64,000 nucleotides of DNA from Neoechinorhynchus agilis (GCA_051530055.1 CM121342.1:12539480-12603479), one strand, 5' to 3'. Positions 25,101 through 38,454 are shown, counted from the stretch's first letter. Made by a program: numbers and translations. The notes: a model not told the origin generated them from the letters alone.

Positions 25101-28100
25101 GGGTATTCGTTAATTGATTGATTTAGAGAGTGATTAATCAAAATAGAAGGCAAAGATTGATCCATTGGAAACTGTGATGAGATAAATTTCAAGCATGCAC
25201 AATACAAACTTTCATCTCATACCTGTACGCGCTGGCCCATCGTAAGTTCGAGGTAAAATTCTCGATACCAAAGAGAGCCCAGGTCACAGGCTTTCCTTAA
25301 TGATTGCTTAAAGTCAAGAAGGTAACCGAACCAGATAAGTTCTCGATGAAATATTTCCAATGCGTCGATAAATTCAGTGTTCAAATCTCGACGTATCGAC
25401 TGTTTTCCATAGTTCGCCTTCTCTGTAATGACTGATTCGATCATTGTTCTAGTCATATAGAGCTAATCGTTGCCCGACATTTTGTCCGCATGATGAAAAA
25501 CCCGACTCACCGCAGTACTTGACGGACCGACACATCGGACGGAATTATTAACACTCCCTGATTCCAAAGATGATTTTAGTCGATCTGCACATGTATCACG
25601 AATGGCCACCAGGATACTGCATAATAAATCCCGTTTTCGTTTAGTCTTTAGACGATCAATCATATCTTGAACTGTTTCATGAACAAACTTTTGCAGTTTA
25701 CAATATACGGATCGATTAATCGCTTCTTGGAAATCGATCGAGAGTTTATGGAATTGGGATTCGAGTTGCTTTATGCTCACAATAGCAGAGCAAAGAAATG
25801 TCTTTTCCTCGTTTGACAGATTAAGCTTAAGAGCCTAAAGAACACATACGATGGAGTTTGAAATCTCGTTTCATTGTAGACCAGAGGTTCCGCAAAAGAA
25901 TGCGAGGCAAGATTTTGCCCACTGATATAGTCAATCTTACTAAAGCGGTTACGATATGATGAAACAAATTTATGAATACATCCGACTCTATTTTTGATAA
26001 CAGAGTCAAATCCTAGTGAAGAAAATAAGACGTCAGACAAACTTTTGATTTAAAACCCATAAAAATTCAGAGCCTACTTTGCTTAATATGTATAGATGGT
26101 TGTAGATTCGATGCTTAAACTAAAACGATATATAGTGAGTATGCGGAAGCTTACGCGCTCGTAGTCATCGCAAACGGAAGCCATTCCGATATCGTCCACT
26201 TTAAGAGGATGATAGAGTTTGCTGGCGACTAATTCCATGACCTTCGCGGTGAGATGGGAAAGCATTTGAAGTGCCCGTTTTGCGAGTTCGTACATTTTGA
26301 ACGAGCATTGAACCGGATTTGCTGTTTCGAGTGAGATGAGTTTTCGAATACTTGACCATCCAGGCTCAGATGAGAACTAAATTAAATTGGTAAGTGAAGA
26401 TGTGTCTTGGTTTCACCTTGTTTTCAAGCATTTTTAGTTTAGTAAGAGATTGGATTCTCACAAGTTCCATTGTTATGCTCACAAAATCATCTTCTGATGA
26501 TGATGACGGTAATTGATTGACATTCCACGCATCGTTCTTATCCCTGGCAGCGAGACACAGAGGCCAAAATCGCTTCTCGAAAAACGGAGATTTAGCGACA
26601 TAATTGAAGGGAGCGATTTGCATGTCACCCATCAACGGAATCACTTCATAGCGCTAAAGGAGCACACACGAATCAATTAAAAAAACATTGATTCAAAGGT
26701 TGCGGTAATGGCATTCCAGGGGAACTAGCGGGTACAAAAACGGCGGGGTTCCGCATTCAGTGTATAACATTTCCCTTCGATGGTTAAAGTGTCAACTCAT
26801 CTATGGATCCTTCTTCTGCTTTCCATAGTCCATGCGGCTATATGCAGGGCTCCTCAAAAAGGTCCACGAAAAAGATCCTCAAGGCTATTGACCAGTGACA
26901 GTAAAAAACGCTGTGACCATGGAAGCGATAAAGATACATGTGATAGAAAGACTAGTCACCACACTTCGTCTTCGTATAAGAAAGTAAACCATGCTGAAAA
27001 AAGTAAGGAGCACAGTACAATTGAGCACAACCACTTAAACATAAAGAGTGAAAGTGCGGCTAAAAAAGGTGAAGAATTCAATGACTTTCAGGTAGGGACG
27101 GCTTCTCATGAACAGCGCTCCTATTGGGAGTTCGGGACTGTGATAAAAAGACCATGCTGAATCTTTTACCACATGAGAAGCTTTCCACAGACGATGGAAC
27201 CGAAGGCGACGAAGGGATACTCGATGAAGTGGCAGTCCAATCTTTTGAAGGAAATACATTTATAGAGGAAGATAATACTGAAACAAGCCAAGCCATGTTA
27301 GATTTAACCAATAAGAATCCAGATAGTTTTGCAACTTTTGCGACGTATCAGACAACCGAAACCTCAGAAAATGAACAAAGTGACGAAAGTGATGAGAATA
27401 ATCAAGGACTTCAAAGAGTTGATGATAAAGCAGGTTCAAAGCCATCAATCAGCAACAAAAGTAAAAAGAGTAAGGAGAAGCCGAAGCTAATTAGGATCAA
27501 AACGAGACCTCTTAAAAAGGAGAAACCTAAGGGTAAATGGGCTGTCTCTTTCATTTTAAAAAATTAGGACGTAGACTAGCTCGCAATTATTAAGAAAATT
27601 AATCGCATATCGAAAAAACGGACTCCTCTATATAAGAGTTCATTTTCTTGGTACAAAATAATTCACCCTATAAGTTCCAAAGCATATTACTTTCCTGTAT
27701 GTTTAGAAAGGGTTGTTATAGCAGCTATTGAAAAGATTAAGGCCCTGTGATAAGAGCAGTGTAAAGATGAACAAAAATTCTCTTTTGAATGAAAACGCAG
27801 CCAGATATTGCTGAGAATCATAAACTAATCAAATTTATTTTAAAATTAAAGCATAATTCCCAAGTGGAGACACCACAGCTATACTTGGAGAAGGAAGGCG
27901 AAGAAAAGAAAAAAGAGTATGGAGATAAAGAGGACGAAAAGAGTGAAGAGGATTCCGACTCAGACGATTATTCGGACATAAGTAGTCAAGAAGATGACGA
28001 TCAATCACTTGAGCGAGGTCCCCGATTTCGTAGACGCAGACATCACCTGAAGCATTTTATCAATTTGGCTTAATGATATTTTCTTTTTTGATTCGAGTTT

Positions 28101-29704
28101 ATAAATGTGAGTAGGTTTATCTTGAGCGTTTAGAGCAGCACACTGATCAATTAGACCGAGTGTAAATCCAATGACCTAAAACTGTAGTCGATACAAAATG
28201 TTGATATAAACGCTACGAAACCTTGACGAGAATGTGTTTCTCATCGGGAAAGAGATAGGATTCATCGTTGAGTACTGATAGACAGGCTGTGACTATTTCA
28301 CACAGAACCTCTTCAAATCCTATTGAGATGTGGATGTTTTTTTAGGCAATTATCTTGTTTGGAAACGTCAAAATACCTTTGATAACTTTGAGACCATCGA
28401 CAAGCATGTTTAAAATCGCATTGTTCGTAGCGAGAAATATGGATAGACTTTGAGTTTTATAAGTAGCTCCTGGGGTTGGTTGTGGAGAGGATTCCGAACT
28501 TCCACAGAGGTCATTTCCAACGAACGATTTGACAAATTGGGATGCTCTCTTATAGGCCGAAAGGTCATTCTTTACACTTGATTTTGTGTTTTTTAGTTCG
28601 TCCAATGTTGCAAATACGTTTATGAACTTTCCAAGAGTCGATAAATGCGACCTGCTCACAAACTCACGCCGTCTTTCCGTCTTCGACAGACGATCGATCT
28701 CATCACAGAACCGATTGACTGATTCTATCTGATATGAGAGTAAAGGTAGTAGCAATAAAGCGAAGAGCAAAACGATTAAGCTTTTCTCCAACGTTAAGCA
28801 AAGACTTAAAAAAAATATACTTTTGGTGAAAATAATCCCGGGTATGACTACATATTTTATTTATTTAAAATATTTCGCGATGAAACCTCACCTCATCAGT
28901 CATTGCTTGTAAGTATTCTACAATTTAAGCTGAAGGATTTTCTATCGATGACTTAAAAAATGTTTTACCAGGGAAAGATAACACGCATCCTCAAGAATTT
29001 GGACAATTCCAAAAGGTCTTTAAATTGAATATAAAAACGCGGCTTTCCAGAAATATTTCGTTAGTATGAAACCGGGACTTTGAGCGCTCGAAATTAAAAC
29101 TTCTTTTAAAAAAATCGATTGAAGTGTTGAAAATTTAAAGTTAAAAGAATCTGTGTGATAAAAATCCGATCCGTCGAATGGAAATTATATTCGAAAGTTC
29201 ATGATGCGGAAAAAGCTTAATTTTACGAGGACTCACGATGTATTTATGAAATTCAAAAAGACGCTGAATGTCCGGTTCAAGTACCAGAACTGTGGTGGAA
29301 TACAGTCCAGTTCGGTCGACACTGGTGGTTCTTTTGTCATCTGGATTTATCTAAAATAAATCGGTATATTAAACATGAACGTTTATACTGACCTGAGGGA
29401 TGGCGCGGGAGCAACAGCGATACGAATACAGCATTTTAGACATTTCGATTCCTCGTGAAAGAAGACAATCCAATTCACACTGATGAGTAGCCTCCTCCAT
29501 ATATTTAGAAACGACGCATAAATAAGCATTGCGATCCTGAAAATCGGTATTGAAATCTACTTCGTATGCCAGTGACTCGCTGGAATTGCCGAAATCGTGA
29601 CTACTAAAGCACGATGAACGCCGCGATTCGGTAACGTCAGCCAAAGCGTCGACGTTCAATATAGCATCACTCAACGTAACCGAAGCCAAATTGGTCTCTG
29701 ACAT
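22125..29704 (-). CDS. CYFIP: CYFIP/Sra-1 (WAVE regulatory complex), many canonical GT-AG introns
   Basis: FQDRNAY, CSRAIPQ, TLGKFINVFATLDELKNTKSSVKND.SAYKRASQF, PLMGDMQI, WYREFYLELTMGQRVQ and LDLYNDAA. The introns checked by hand were GT-AG. Confidence 0.92.
26780..28073 (+). CDS. Nested antisense gene: putative secreted, highly charged low-complexity protein (about 3 exons)
   Basis: Starts with a hydrophobic signal-like MVKVSTHLWILLLLSIVHA, followed by K/S/E/D-rich ORFs with GT donors at exon ends. Lies within CYFIP intron 26654-28046. Confidence 0.55.
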
Positions 29705-30014
29705 TGTTCAACTAAAAATAGTGGTCATTTCCGGTCAATGGGATTTATATGCGCGCTAAAATTGTGGAAGAATGCAATGCGTCTCATGTCGTCAGTTATT
29801 CTAGCTGTTTATAATTGTATTCGAATTTAAGAATTTCGTTTGAGTGGTGGTGCTGAATGTGTTCGGTGACTTGCGTTTCTTGTAAAATCTCTTTTTTTGT
29901 TCTTTAAGTCGTTGGTGCCTTGAATTCGTCATGATCTTGATCATATACGAACAGGAGGGAATGAGAACCTTTCGATCCAATCACGTGGTCTTTAAAGCTA
30001 AACTAGAAGTTGAG

Positions 30015-30118
30015 AAGGTTATGACCTCGTCGGGTTCATCATCAGTTCTATGAGCAGAATAACCACTTGTATTTTAGAACTGATGATGACAATCCCTCGG
30101 TGAGGTTCGCAGAACGTT
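30015..30118. repeat. Short palindrome with two hammerhead-like arms in the CYFIP/PRP8 divergent intergenic region
   Basis: CCTCGTCGGGTTCATCATCAGTTCTA inverted with TAGAACTGATGATGAC; CTGATGA on + at 30080 and on - at 30045. Same family as 2414-2600 and 60003-60075. Confidence 0.6.
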
Positions 30119-30703
30119 TTTAATCGAAAAAAATATTTACCGGCTAAATACTTCTTACTTCCGACGAGGAATCTCCATGGGTATTTTGCGCAGAGGGTGA
30201 AACATCACCTCGGGAATTGACGGTCTCGCGCACCCGAGTCAAGGCTACCAACTTAGGTAGTCCCACCACATCCATTTTTAGATGCTTGAGAAGGAGGCTG
30301 AGGCCTTGAAAATTCGCATAAGCAATAAGTGTCATCATATACTCCCCGGACATTTTCACTGGATCTCATTTTGCTCACTAATGTTCGAGATGTAAAGATT
30401 TTCATCATTTACTTTTTGATAGCGAATTATAATAATTGATTTATTTATTTGATAATTTTCGGCCTTCGCGTAGGCCTTCAGTCAATTGTTTGTTATTTTT
30501 TTCAACTGTGAATGTTAGTAGTTGAAAAAACTTACACGCAATAGACTGATTTTTTATTTCCGGCACCTTGTTCTACAACTAATGGCGAGAGGAACGCTAA
30601 ATGCGATTTTAGTCTTAAACGTCAAATTAAAGCGTGCCATTTTTCCTTCTGTGGGTTGTTTCGTTTGTAAATTTGTCTTTGAAAGATTTCTTCTTTGTTT
30701 CAG

Positions 30704-33700
30704 ATGACTGCATCAGCAGAAGAGGATTACCTTCAAGAGAAAGCACGTCGGTGGCAGGCTCTCCAAACTCGTCGGTATGCCGAGAAACGGCGGTTTGGGT
30801 TTGTGGATGCTCAAAAAGAGGATATGCCATGTGAACACGTCCGTAAGATAATTCGAGATCATGGCGACATGACCAATAGAAAGTTCAGGCATGACAAACG
30901 AGTGTATCTTGGTGCCCTCAAGTATATGCCTCATGCAGTTCTCAAATTGCTTGAGAACATTCCCATGCCCTGGGAGCAAATTCGGGATGTTAAAGTCATA
31001 TATCATATAACGGGAGCGATTACGTTCGTGAACGAAATTCCTTGGGTAATTGAGCCCGTATATGTGGCTCAATGGGGCACTATATGGATTATGATGAGAC
31101 GTGAGAAACGAGATCGTCGTCATTTTAAGCGAATGAGGTTTCCGCCATTTGACGACGAGGAACCTCCTCTTGATTATGCGGATAATGTGCTAGAAGTCGA
31201 ACCATTGGAGGCAATTCAGATGGATCTTGACGAAGATGAGGATGCCCCGATAAGATCCTGGTTCTATGACCACAAACCTCTCAGTCGAAACCTTCGAATG
31301 GTTAACGGTCCAACGTACCGGAGGTGGCGATTACCTCTTGATGTTATGTCCAATCTCTACCGCATGGGTGGTCAATTACTTACTGATCTCTTAGATGACA
31401 ATTATCATTACCTCTTTAATCTCCAATCATTTTTTACTGCCAAAGCATTAAACGTAGCTATTCCAGGAGGACCCAAGTTTGAACCATTAGTCAAGGATAC
31501 GAACGCCCTGGACGAAGACTGGAATGAGTTCAATGACATCAATAAGGTCATCATTCGGGCGCCTATTCGTACAGAGTACAGAATTGCGTTTCCTTTCCTT
31601 TACAATAATCATCCATTCAGCGTTCGGTTGAGCAAATACCACACTCCGAACACAGTTTTCATCAAGACGGAAGATCCGGACCTACCTGCGTTTTACTTTG
31701 ATCCGCTTATAAATCCCATCTCTCACAGAATGTCCAATATGAAAGTCGTAGACATGGACGAAATCGAGAATGAAGACGACAATAGAGTTGTAAATATTGA
31801 AGATTTTATTTTACCGGAAGGAATTCAACCTTTTCTCGAATCAGTTCCACTCTACACTGACCGGACATCAAATGGTATAGCTCTTCTTTGGGCGCCACGG
31901 CCATTTAATCTTCGTTCTGGACGTACGAGACGCGCTGTGGACGTTCCATTGGTCAAAAGTTGGTATACTGAGCACTGTCCAAGTGAATATCCCGTCAAAG
32001 TTCGCGTTTCATACCAAAAACTCCTCAAATACTACGTCCTGAATGCTCTTCATCATCGACGGCCAAAATCTCAAAAGAAGCGGTACTTATTCAGAAGCTT
32101 TAAGGCAACAAAGTTTTTCCAATCTACTGTTCTTGACTGGGTAGAAGTTGGTCTTCAAGTTTGTCGACAGGGGTACAATATGCTTAATCTACTTATCCAT
32201 CGTAAAAACCTCAATTACCTGCACCTTGATTATAACTTCAATCTGAAACCAGTAAGGACATTGACGACCAAGGAACGTAAGAAGTCAAGATTTGGAAATG
32301 CATTTCATCTCTGTAGAGAGATTCTAAGACTTACCAAACTGATTGTTGATTCCCATGTTCAATACAGACTTGGAAACGCCGACGCTTATCAGCTGGCCGA
32401 TGGTATTCAGTATATTTTTGCTCATGTCGGACAATTGACTGGAATGTATCGATACAAATACAAGCTCATGAAGCAAATCAGAATGTGTAAAGATCTTAAA
32501 CATCTCATTTATTACCGGTTCAATACTGGACCTGTCGGTATGACGGAGAAAATGTTCATTTGTGTGGAAGCGGCTGACAACAATCTATTTAAGTTGCAAA
32601 CGAATGATATGAGAAAATTTGAGATGTATTTTGGGACCTTGTCATATCTGTAGGGTCGAGTCTCGAATGACATGTCATCTCTCGATTTTCTCCTATCCAT
32701 GATTTTTTATGAATTTATAATTCTGTTAATTTTTAGCAATTCTTTTATACTCTGGTGACCATTAGCTCCGAGTAAAGGACCAGGCTGCGGATTTTGGGCG
32801 CCAGGCTGGCGCGTATGGATTTTCTTCCTTCGTGGAATAACTCCTCTCTTGGAGCGATGGCTGGGTAACCTTTTATCTCGTCAATTCGAAGGACGTCACA
32901 GTAAAGGAGTAGCTAAGACGGTTACTAAACAGCGAGTGGAGAGTCACTACGACCTTGAGCTCCGTGCTGCAGTTATGCACGACATTCTGGACATGATGCC
33001 CGAAGGAATAAAGCAGAACAAGGCTCGTACAATTCTTCAACATCTAAGTGAAGCCTGGCGTTGTTGGAAGGCTAATATTCCTTGGAAAGTTCCTGGTCTT
33101 CCAATCCCGATTGAAAACATGATTTTGCGATATGTAAAAGCCAAAGCAGATTGGTGGACAAGTACAGCTCATTACAACCGTGAACGTATTCGTCGTGGTG
33201 CAACAGTGGATAAGACTGTTTGTAAGAAAAATCTAGGACGATTAACTCGCTTGTATCTGAAAGCAGAGCAGGAGCGACAGCACAATTATCTAAAGGATGG
33301 ACCCTATGTCACAGCCGAAGAAGCAGTTGCAATATACACCACAACAGTTCATTGGCTTGAAAGTCGTCGATTCTCGCCCATTCCATTTCCTCCACTCGCC
33401 TACAAACATGATACCAAGCTTCTAATTTTGGCTCTTGAACGCCTAAAAGAAGCTTACAGTGTAAAAAGTCGTCTCAACCAAAGTCAAAGAGAAGAACTTG
33501 GCTTAATCGAGCAAGCATATGACAATCCGCACGAAGCATTAAGCCGGATAAAGCGACACTTGTTGACCCAACGTGCATTTAAAGAAGTTTCAGTTGAATT
33601 TATGGATTTGTACTCCCACTTAATACCAGTTTATGAAGTTGAACCGCTTGAAAAAATCACTGATGCCTATTTAGATCAATATTTGTGGTATGAGGCGGAC

Positions 33701-36700
33701 AAACGACGTCTCTTTCCCAGCTGGGTAAAACCAGCGGACACAGAACCCCCTCCACTTTTAGTCTATAAATGGTGTCAAGGGATTAATAATCTGGAGGAGG
33801 TCTGGACTACGTCAGGTGGGCAATGTAATGTCATGCTCGAGACACGATTTGAAAAGATTTATGAGAAGATTGATCTTACCTTACTTAATCGACTATTGCG
33901 ATTAATCTTAGACCACAATATAGCTGACTATATGACAGCCAAAAACAACATTGTTTTAAATTACAAAGATATGAACCACATAAATTCATATGGACTAATC
34001 CGAGGACTTCAGTTCGCATCTTTTATAACTCAATATTATGGTGTTATTCTCGATCTACTTGTCCTCGGTCTCAGTCGGGCATCTGAAATTGCAGGCAGTC
34101 CTCAACTTCCAAATGATTTTCTTACATTCTCGGACACCCAAACTGAGTGTCGTCACCCCGTGAGGCTTTATTGCCGATACATTGATCGAATTCATATGTT
34201 CTTTAGATTCACCCAAGAAGAGTCTCGAGAACTAATCCAACGATATTTAACGGAGCACCCGGATCCGAACAACGAGAACATTGTTGGCTATAATAATCGA
34301 AAATGTTGGCCCCGAGATGCTCGCATGCGTCTGATGAAACATGATGTTAATCTCGGCCGAGCGGTTTTCTGGGACATAAAGAATAGACTACCCAGATCAA
34401 TCACTGCAGTTCAATGGGATGATAGTTTTGTGAGTGTGTATAGTCGTGATAACCCCAATCTGTTGTTTAATATGTGTGGATTCGAATGCAGAATTTTGCC
34501 GAGATGTCGAAGTGTCAACGAAGAATTTCTTCATAGAGACGGGGTCTGGAATCTACAAAACGATGTTACAAAAGAGCGTACTGCTCAGTGCTTCCTTCGA
34601 GTCGACGACGAAAGCATGCAGAGATTTCACAACCGAGTTAGACAGATTCTAATGGCCTCAGGATCTACTACTTTCACTAAAATTGTCAATAAATGGAACA
34701 CTGCGCTTATTGGCCTAATGACATATTTCCGAGAAGCAGTCGTTAATACTCAAGAACTGCTTGATCTTCTAGTTAAATGTGAAAATAAAATACAGACAAG
34801 AATCAAAATTGGTCTTAACTCTAAAATGCCCAGCAGATTTCCTCCGGTAGTCTTTTATACTCCAAAGGAACTAGGAGGTCTTGGAATGTTGTCAATGGGC
34901 CACGTCCTTATTCCCCAATCGGATTTAAGATGGTCCAAACAGACCGACGCGGGAATTACTCATTTCAGAAGCGGTCTTAGTCATGACGAGGACCAGCTTA
35001 TTCCAAATCTATACCGATACATTATGCCTTGGGAAAGTGAGTTCATCGACTCTCAACGAGTATGGGCGGAATACGCTCTTAAGAGACAGGAAGCGAATGC
35101 GCAAAACAAACGACTTACTTTAGAAGACCTCGAGGATAGTTGGGATCGAGGAATTCCAAGGATTAATACGTTGTTCCAGAAAGATCGGCACGTGCTCGCC
35201 TATGACAAAGGATGGAGAGCAAGAACTGATTTTACTTGCGCTTGGCGTCCGACTAATCGGTGTTTAGTCTCGTGTAGGTTCACTAGCTCAGTAAGAGTAA
35301 AATCTTAGAATTAGAAATGAAGTCAGTCTAGTTAAAGAAATGCGATCTAAGTCGCATGTTCCCGCTGGGTCTCCTGAATTTTTATTTCAACAAAATTCAT
35401 CAATTGCTAAAAGTGTTCGAAAAATGTCACCGTTCAAGGTTGATTTTTCGGGATGCATTATCTGAAATGCTCCTTTGTCAAGGAACTAAGTTTGAGAGGA
35501 CCCTCTCGGGTGCGCCAAACTCCTCGCCCCTTGACGAACGGTCTTACACTTTGGGCTTTGGCCGGAGTCGATTTTATTTCCCCATCTTTTTCTTTTCGAC
35601 GGTTTCTATCTAACGAACTCTGAGCGCGCTAAGCAATACCAAATTTTGAAGCAGAATCCGTTCTGGTGGACCCACCAGCGTCACGATGGAAAACTATGGA
35701 ATCTTAATAACTACCGAACTGATATGATTCAAGCGCTCGGTGGTGTGGAAGGTATTCTTGAGCACACGTTGTTTAAGGGAACTTATTTTCCTACTTGGGA
35801 AGGATTATTTTGGGAAAAGGCGAGTGGATTCGAAGAGTCTATGCGCTGGAAAAAACTGACTAATGCGCAACGTTCGGGTCTAAATCAAATACCGAATCGC
35901 CGATTCACCCTTTGGTGGAGTCCGACGATCAATCGAGCCAACGTATACGTCGGGTTTCAAGTTCAGCTCGACCTTACTGGCATTTTCATGCACGGAAAGA
36001 TTCCAACTCTTAAAATATCGTTAATTCAAATTTTCCGCGCTCACTTATGGCAAAAGATCCACGAGAGTGTTGTAATGGACTTGTGTCAAGTGTTCGACCA
36101 AGAACTTGACGCTCTTGAAATCGAAACCGTTCAGAAAGAGACCATTCATCCAAGGAAATCTTACAAGATGAACAGTTCAGCGGCTGATATTCTTCTATTT
36201 GCAGCATACAAATGGCCAGTATCGAGACCATCCCTTCTGGCCGATACGCGCGACCTTATGGATTCTACGAGTTCGCAAAAGTTCTGGATCGACGTACAAC
36301 TCAGATGGGGCGATTACGATTCACACGATGTTGAAAGATACGCCCGTGCCAAGTTCCTTGATTATACCACCGACAATATGAGTATATATCCTTCTCCTAC
36401 CGGTCTCATGGTCGCCATTGACCTTGCATATAATCTTCATGCTGCTTTTGGAAATTGGTTCCCGGGGTGCAAACCGCTTGTTCAGCAAGCCATGGCTAAG
36501 ATCATGAAAGCTAATCCTGCTCTGTATGTTTTGAGGGAGCGAATTCGAAAAGGACTTCAACTGTACTCAAGCGAACCCACTGAACCTTATCTAAATAGTC
36601 AGAATTACGGTGAGCTTTTCTCCAACCAGATAATTTGGTTCGTGGACGATACGAACGTGTATCGTGTACAAAGATCCGATTTGCATCGAAGTTTTCTTTT

Positions 36701-38454
36701 GGTGTAGAGAACCGTGCAAATCGGATCTGATAACTATTCACAAGACGTACGAAGGCAACTTGACTACAAAACCGATAAACGGTGCAATTTTTATATTTAA
36801 TCCGCGGACCGGTCAATTATTTTTGAAGATAATACACACGAGTGTATGGGCTGGTCAAAAGCGGCTTGGTCAATTGGCCAAATGGAAAACAGCCGAAGAG
36901 GTTGCAGCTTTAATTCGATCCTTGCCAGTAGAAGAACAGCCTAAACAAATCATCGTTACACGTAAAGGAATGCTTGACCCTCTGGAAGTTCATCTCCTAG
37001 ACTTTCCAAATATTGTAATTAAAGGAAGTGAACTTCAGTTGCCTTTTCAGGCGTGCTTAAAAGTAGAAAAGTTCGGTGATCTTATTTTAAAGGCCACTGA
37101 ACCTCAAATGGTTCTGTTCAATCTATACGACGATTGGTTAAAGAGCATTTCTAGTTACACCGCATTTTCTCGTCTTATTCTGATTTTGAAGGCGCTTCAT
37201 GTGAACAATGATCGAGCTAAGATGACCTTGAAGCCAGAGCGTACGACCGTAACGGAGCCTCACCATATATGGCCCTCATTGAGTAACGAGGAATGGATTC
37301 GCGTTGAATGCCAACTCAAAGATTTGATATTGGCTGATTATGGGAAAAAGAATAACGTCAATGTGGCTTCTTTAACTCAGTCTGAAATACGGGATATTAT
37401 TCTTGGAATGGAGATTTCGGCTCCAAGTCAACAGCGACAACAGATTGCAGAGATTGAGAAGAGCGGCGGAGCAGACGGGGGTCCACAAGATCAAGTTACT
37501 GCGACCATTACCAGGACGACGAACAAGTACGGAGATGAGATAATCACAGCGACCACTTCGAACTACGAGACTCAGGCGTTCTCGAGTAAGACAGAATGGC
37601 GAGTTCGTGCGATTAGTGCTACAAATCTCCACCTGCGCACAAACCACATCTACGTATGCTCGGATGATATTCGAGAGACTGGGTTCACCTATGTTCTTCC
37701 TAAGAACGTCCTTAAGAAGTTCATTATGATCGCTGATCTGCGAGCGCAAATAGCGGGTCTTCTTTACGGCACAAGTCCTGCTGACAATCAAATGGTTAAA
37801 GAAATCAGATGTGTAGTGATGCCACCACAGTGGGGAACACATCAGACTGTTCACATGCCACGAATACTCCCTGATCATGACCATCTCACGGAATTGGAAC
37901 CACTCGGATGGATCCACACTCAACCAAGCGAATTGCCTCAACTGGCTCCACAGGATATTCAATTGCACGCGAGAATGATGACTGAGAATCCCGTGTGGGA
38001 TGGAGAAAAGGCAATTGTCATCACTTGTTCATTTACGCCGGGATCCGTGTCTCTTACAGCGTATAAACTGACGCCTAATGGATTCGAGTGGGGGCGACAA
38101 AATCTTGCAAATATCGATCGAATTTCTAAAGTGCCTCCTGGATATCTTCCTTCGCATTATGAGAAAGTACAAATGCTTCTGAGCGACCGATTCCTCGGCT
38201 ACTTTATGGTACCTGCTTATACGTCATGGAATTTTAACTTCATGGGAGTTAGACATGACACGAACATGAAGTACGATCTGGTCTTGGCAAATCCTAAGGA
38301 GTTTTATCACGAGTCACATCGACCGGCTCACTTCTTGAATGCAGCACTCATGACTTCGACAACTAAAGATCAAGGATCTGATGGAAGGAGTAAAGAAGAT
38401 CATATTGGCAAAGCTTTGGGCATTAATGTTGACCGTGAAGATTTATTCCAATGA
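30704..38454 (+). CDS. PRPF8: Pre-mRNA-processing-splicing factor 8; exons 30704-32539, 32774-35233, 35631-36667, 36732-38454 (2351 aa)
   Basis: Near-continuous strong similarity to Prp8 (PROCN, RT-like, linker, endonuclease-like, RNase H-like, Jab1/MPN). The joined length of 7056 nt is a multiple of 3 and no other frameshift is present. Confidence 0.98.
32540..32773 (+). other. Non-canonical stem-closed intron (PRP8 intron 1), 234 nt
   Basis: GTA direct repeat; ATGA+CGGAG...CTCCG+AGT. The join restores TGPVG-KGPGCG. Confidence 0.7.
35234..35630 (+). other. Non-canonical stem-closed intron (PRP8 intron 2), 397 nt
   Basis: TA direct repeat; ACTT+GCGCTTGGCGTCCG...CGAACTCTGAGCGC+GCT. The join restores RTDF-KQYQ. 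Confidence 0.88.
36668..36731 (+). other. Non-canonical stem-closed intron (PRP8 intron 3), 64 nt
   Basis: TA direct repeat; ACAA + perfect 14-bp inverted repeat AGATCCGATTTGCA/TGCAAATCGGATCT + GAT. The join restores NVYRV-TIHKT. Confidence 0.9.

Noticed and set aside
30713-37968. Antisense and alternate-frame ORFs over PRP8 (e.g. 30713-31123, 37372-37968)
   Set aside because: Shadow ORFs of a long coding region with no recognisable motifs.
30704-38454. Alternative genetic code or stop readthrough explaining the split ORFs
   Set aside because: The interruptions are insertions of non-homologous sequence, most of them frame-shifting, and conserved genes end at normal TAA or TGA codons.
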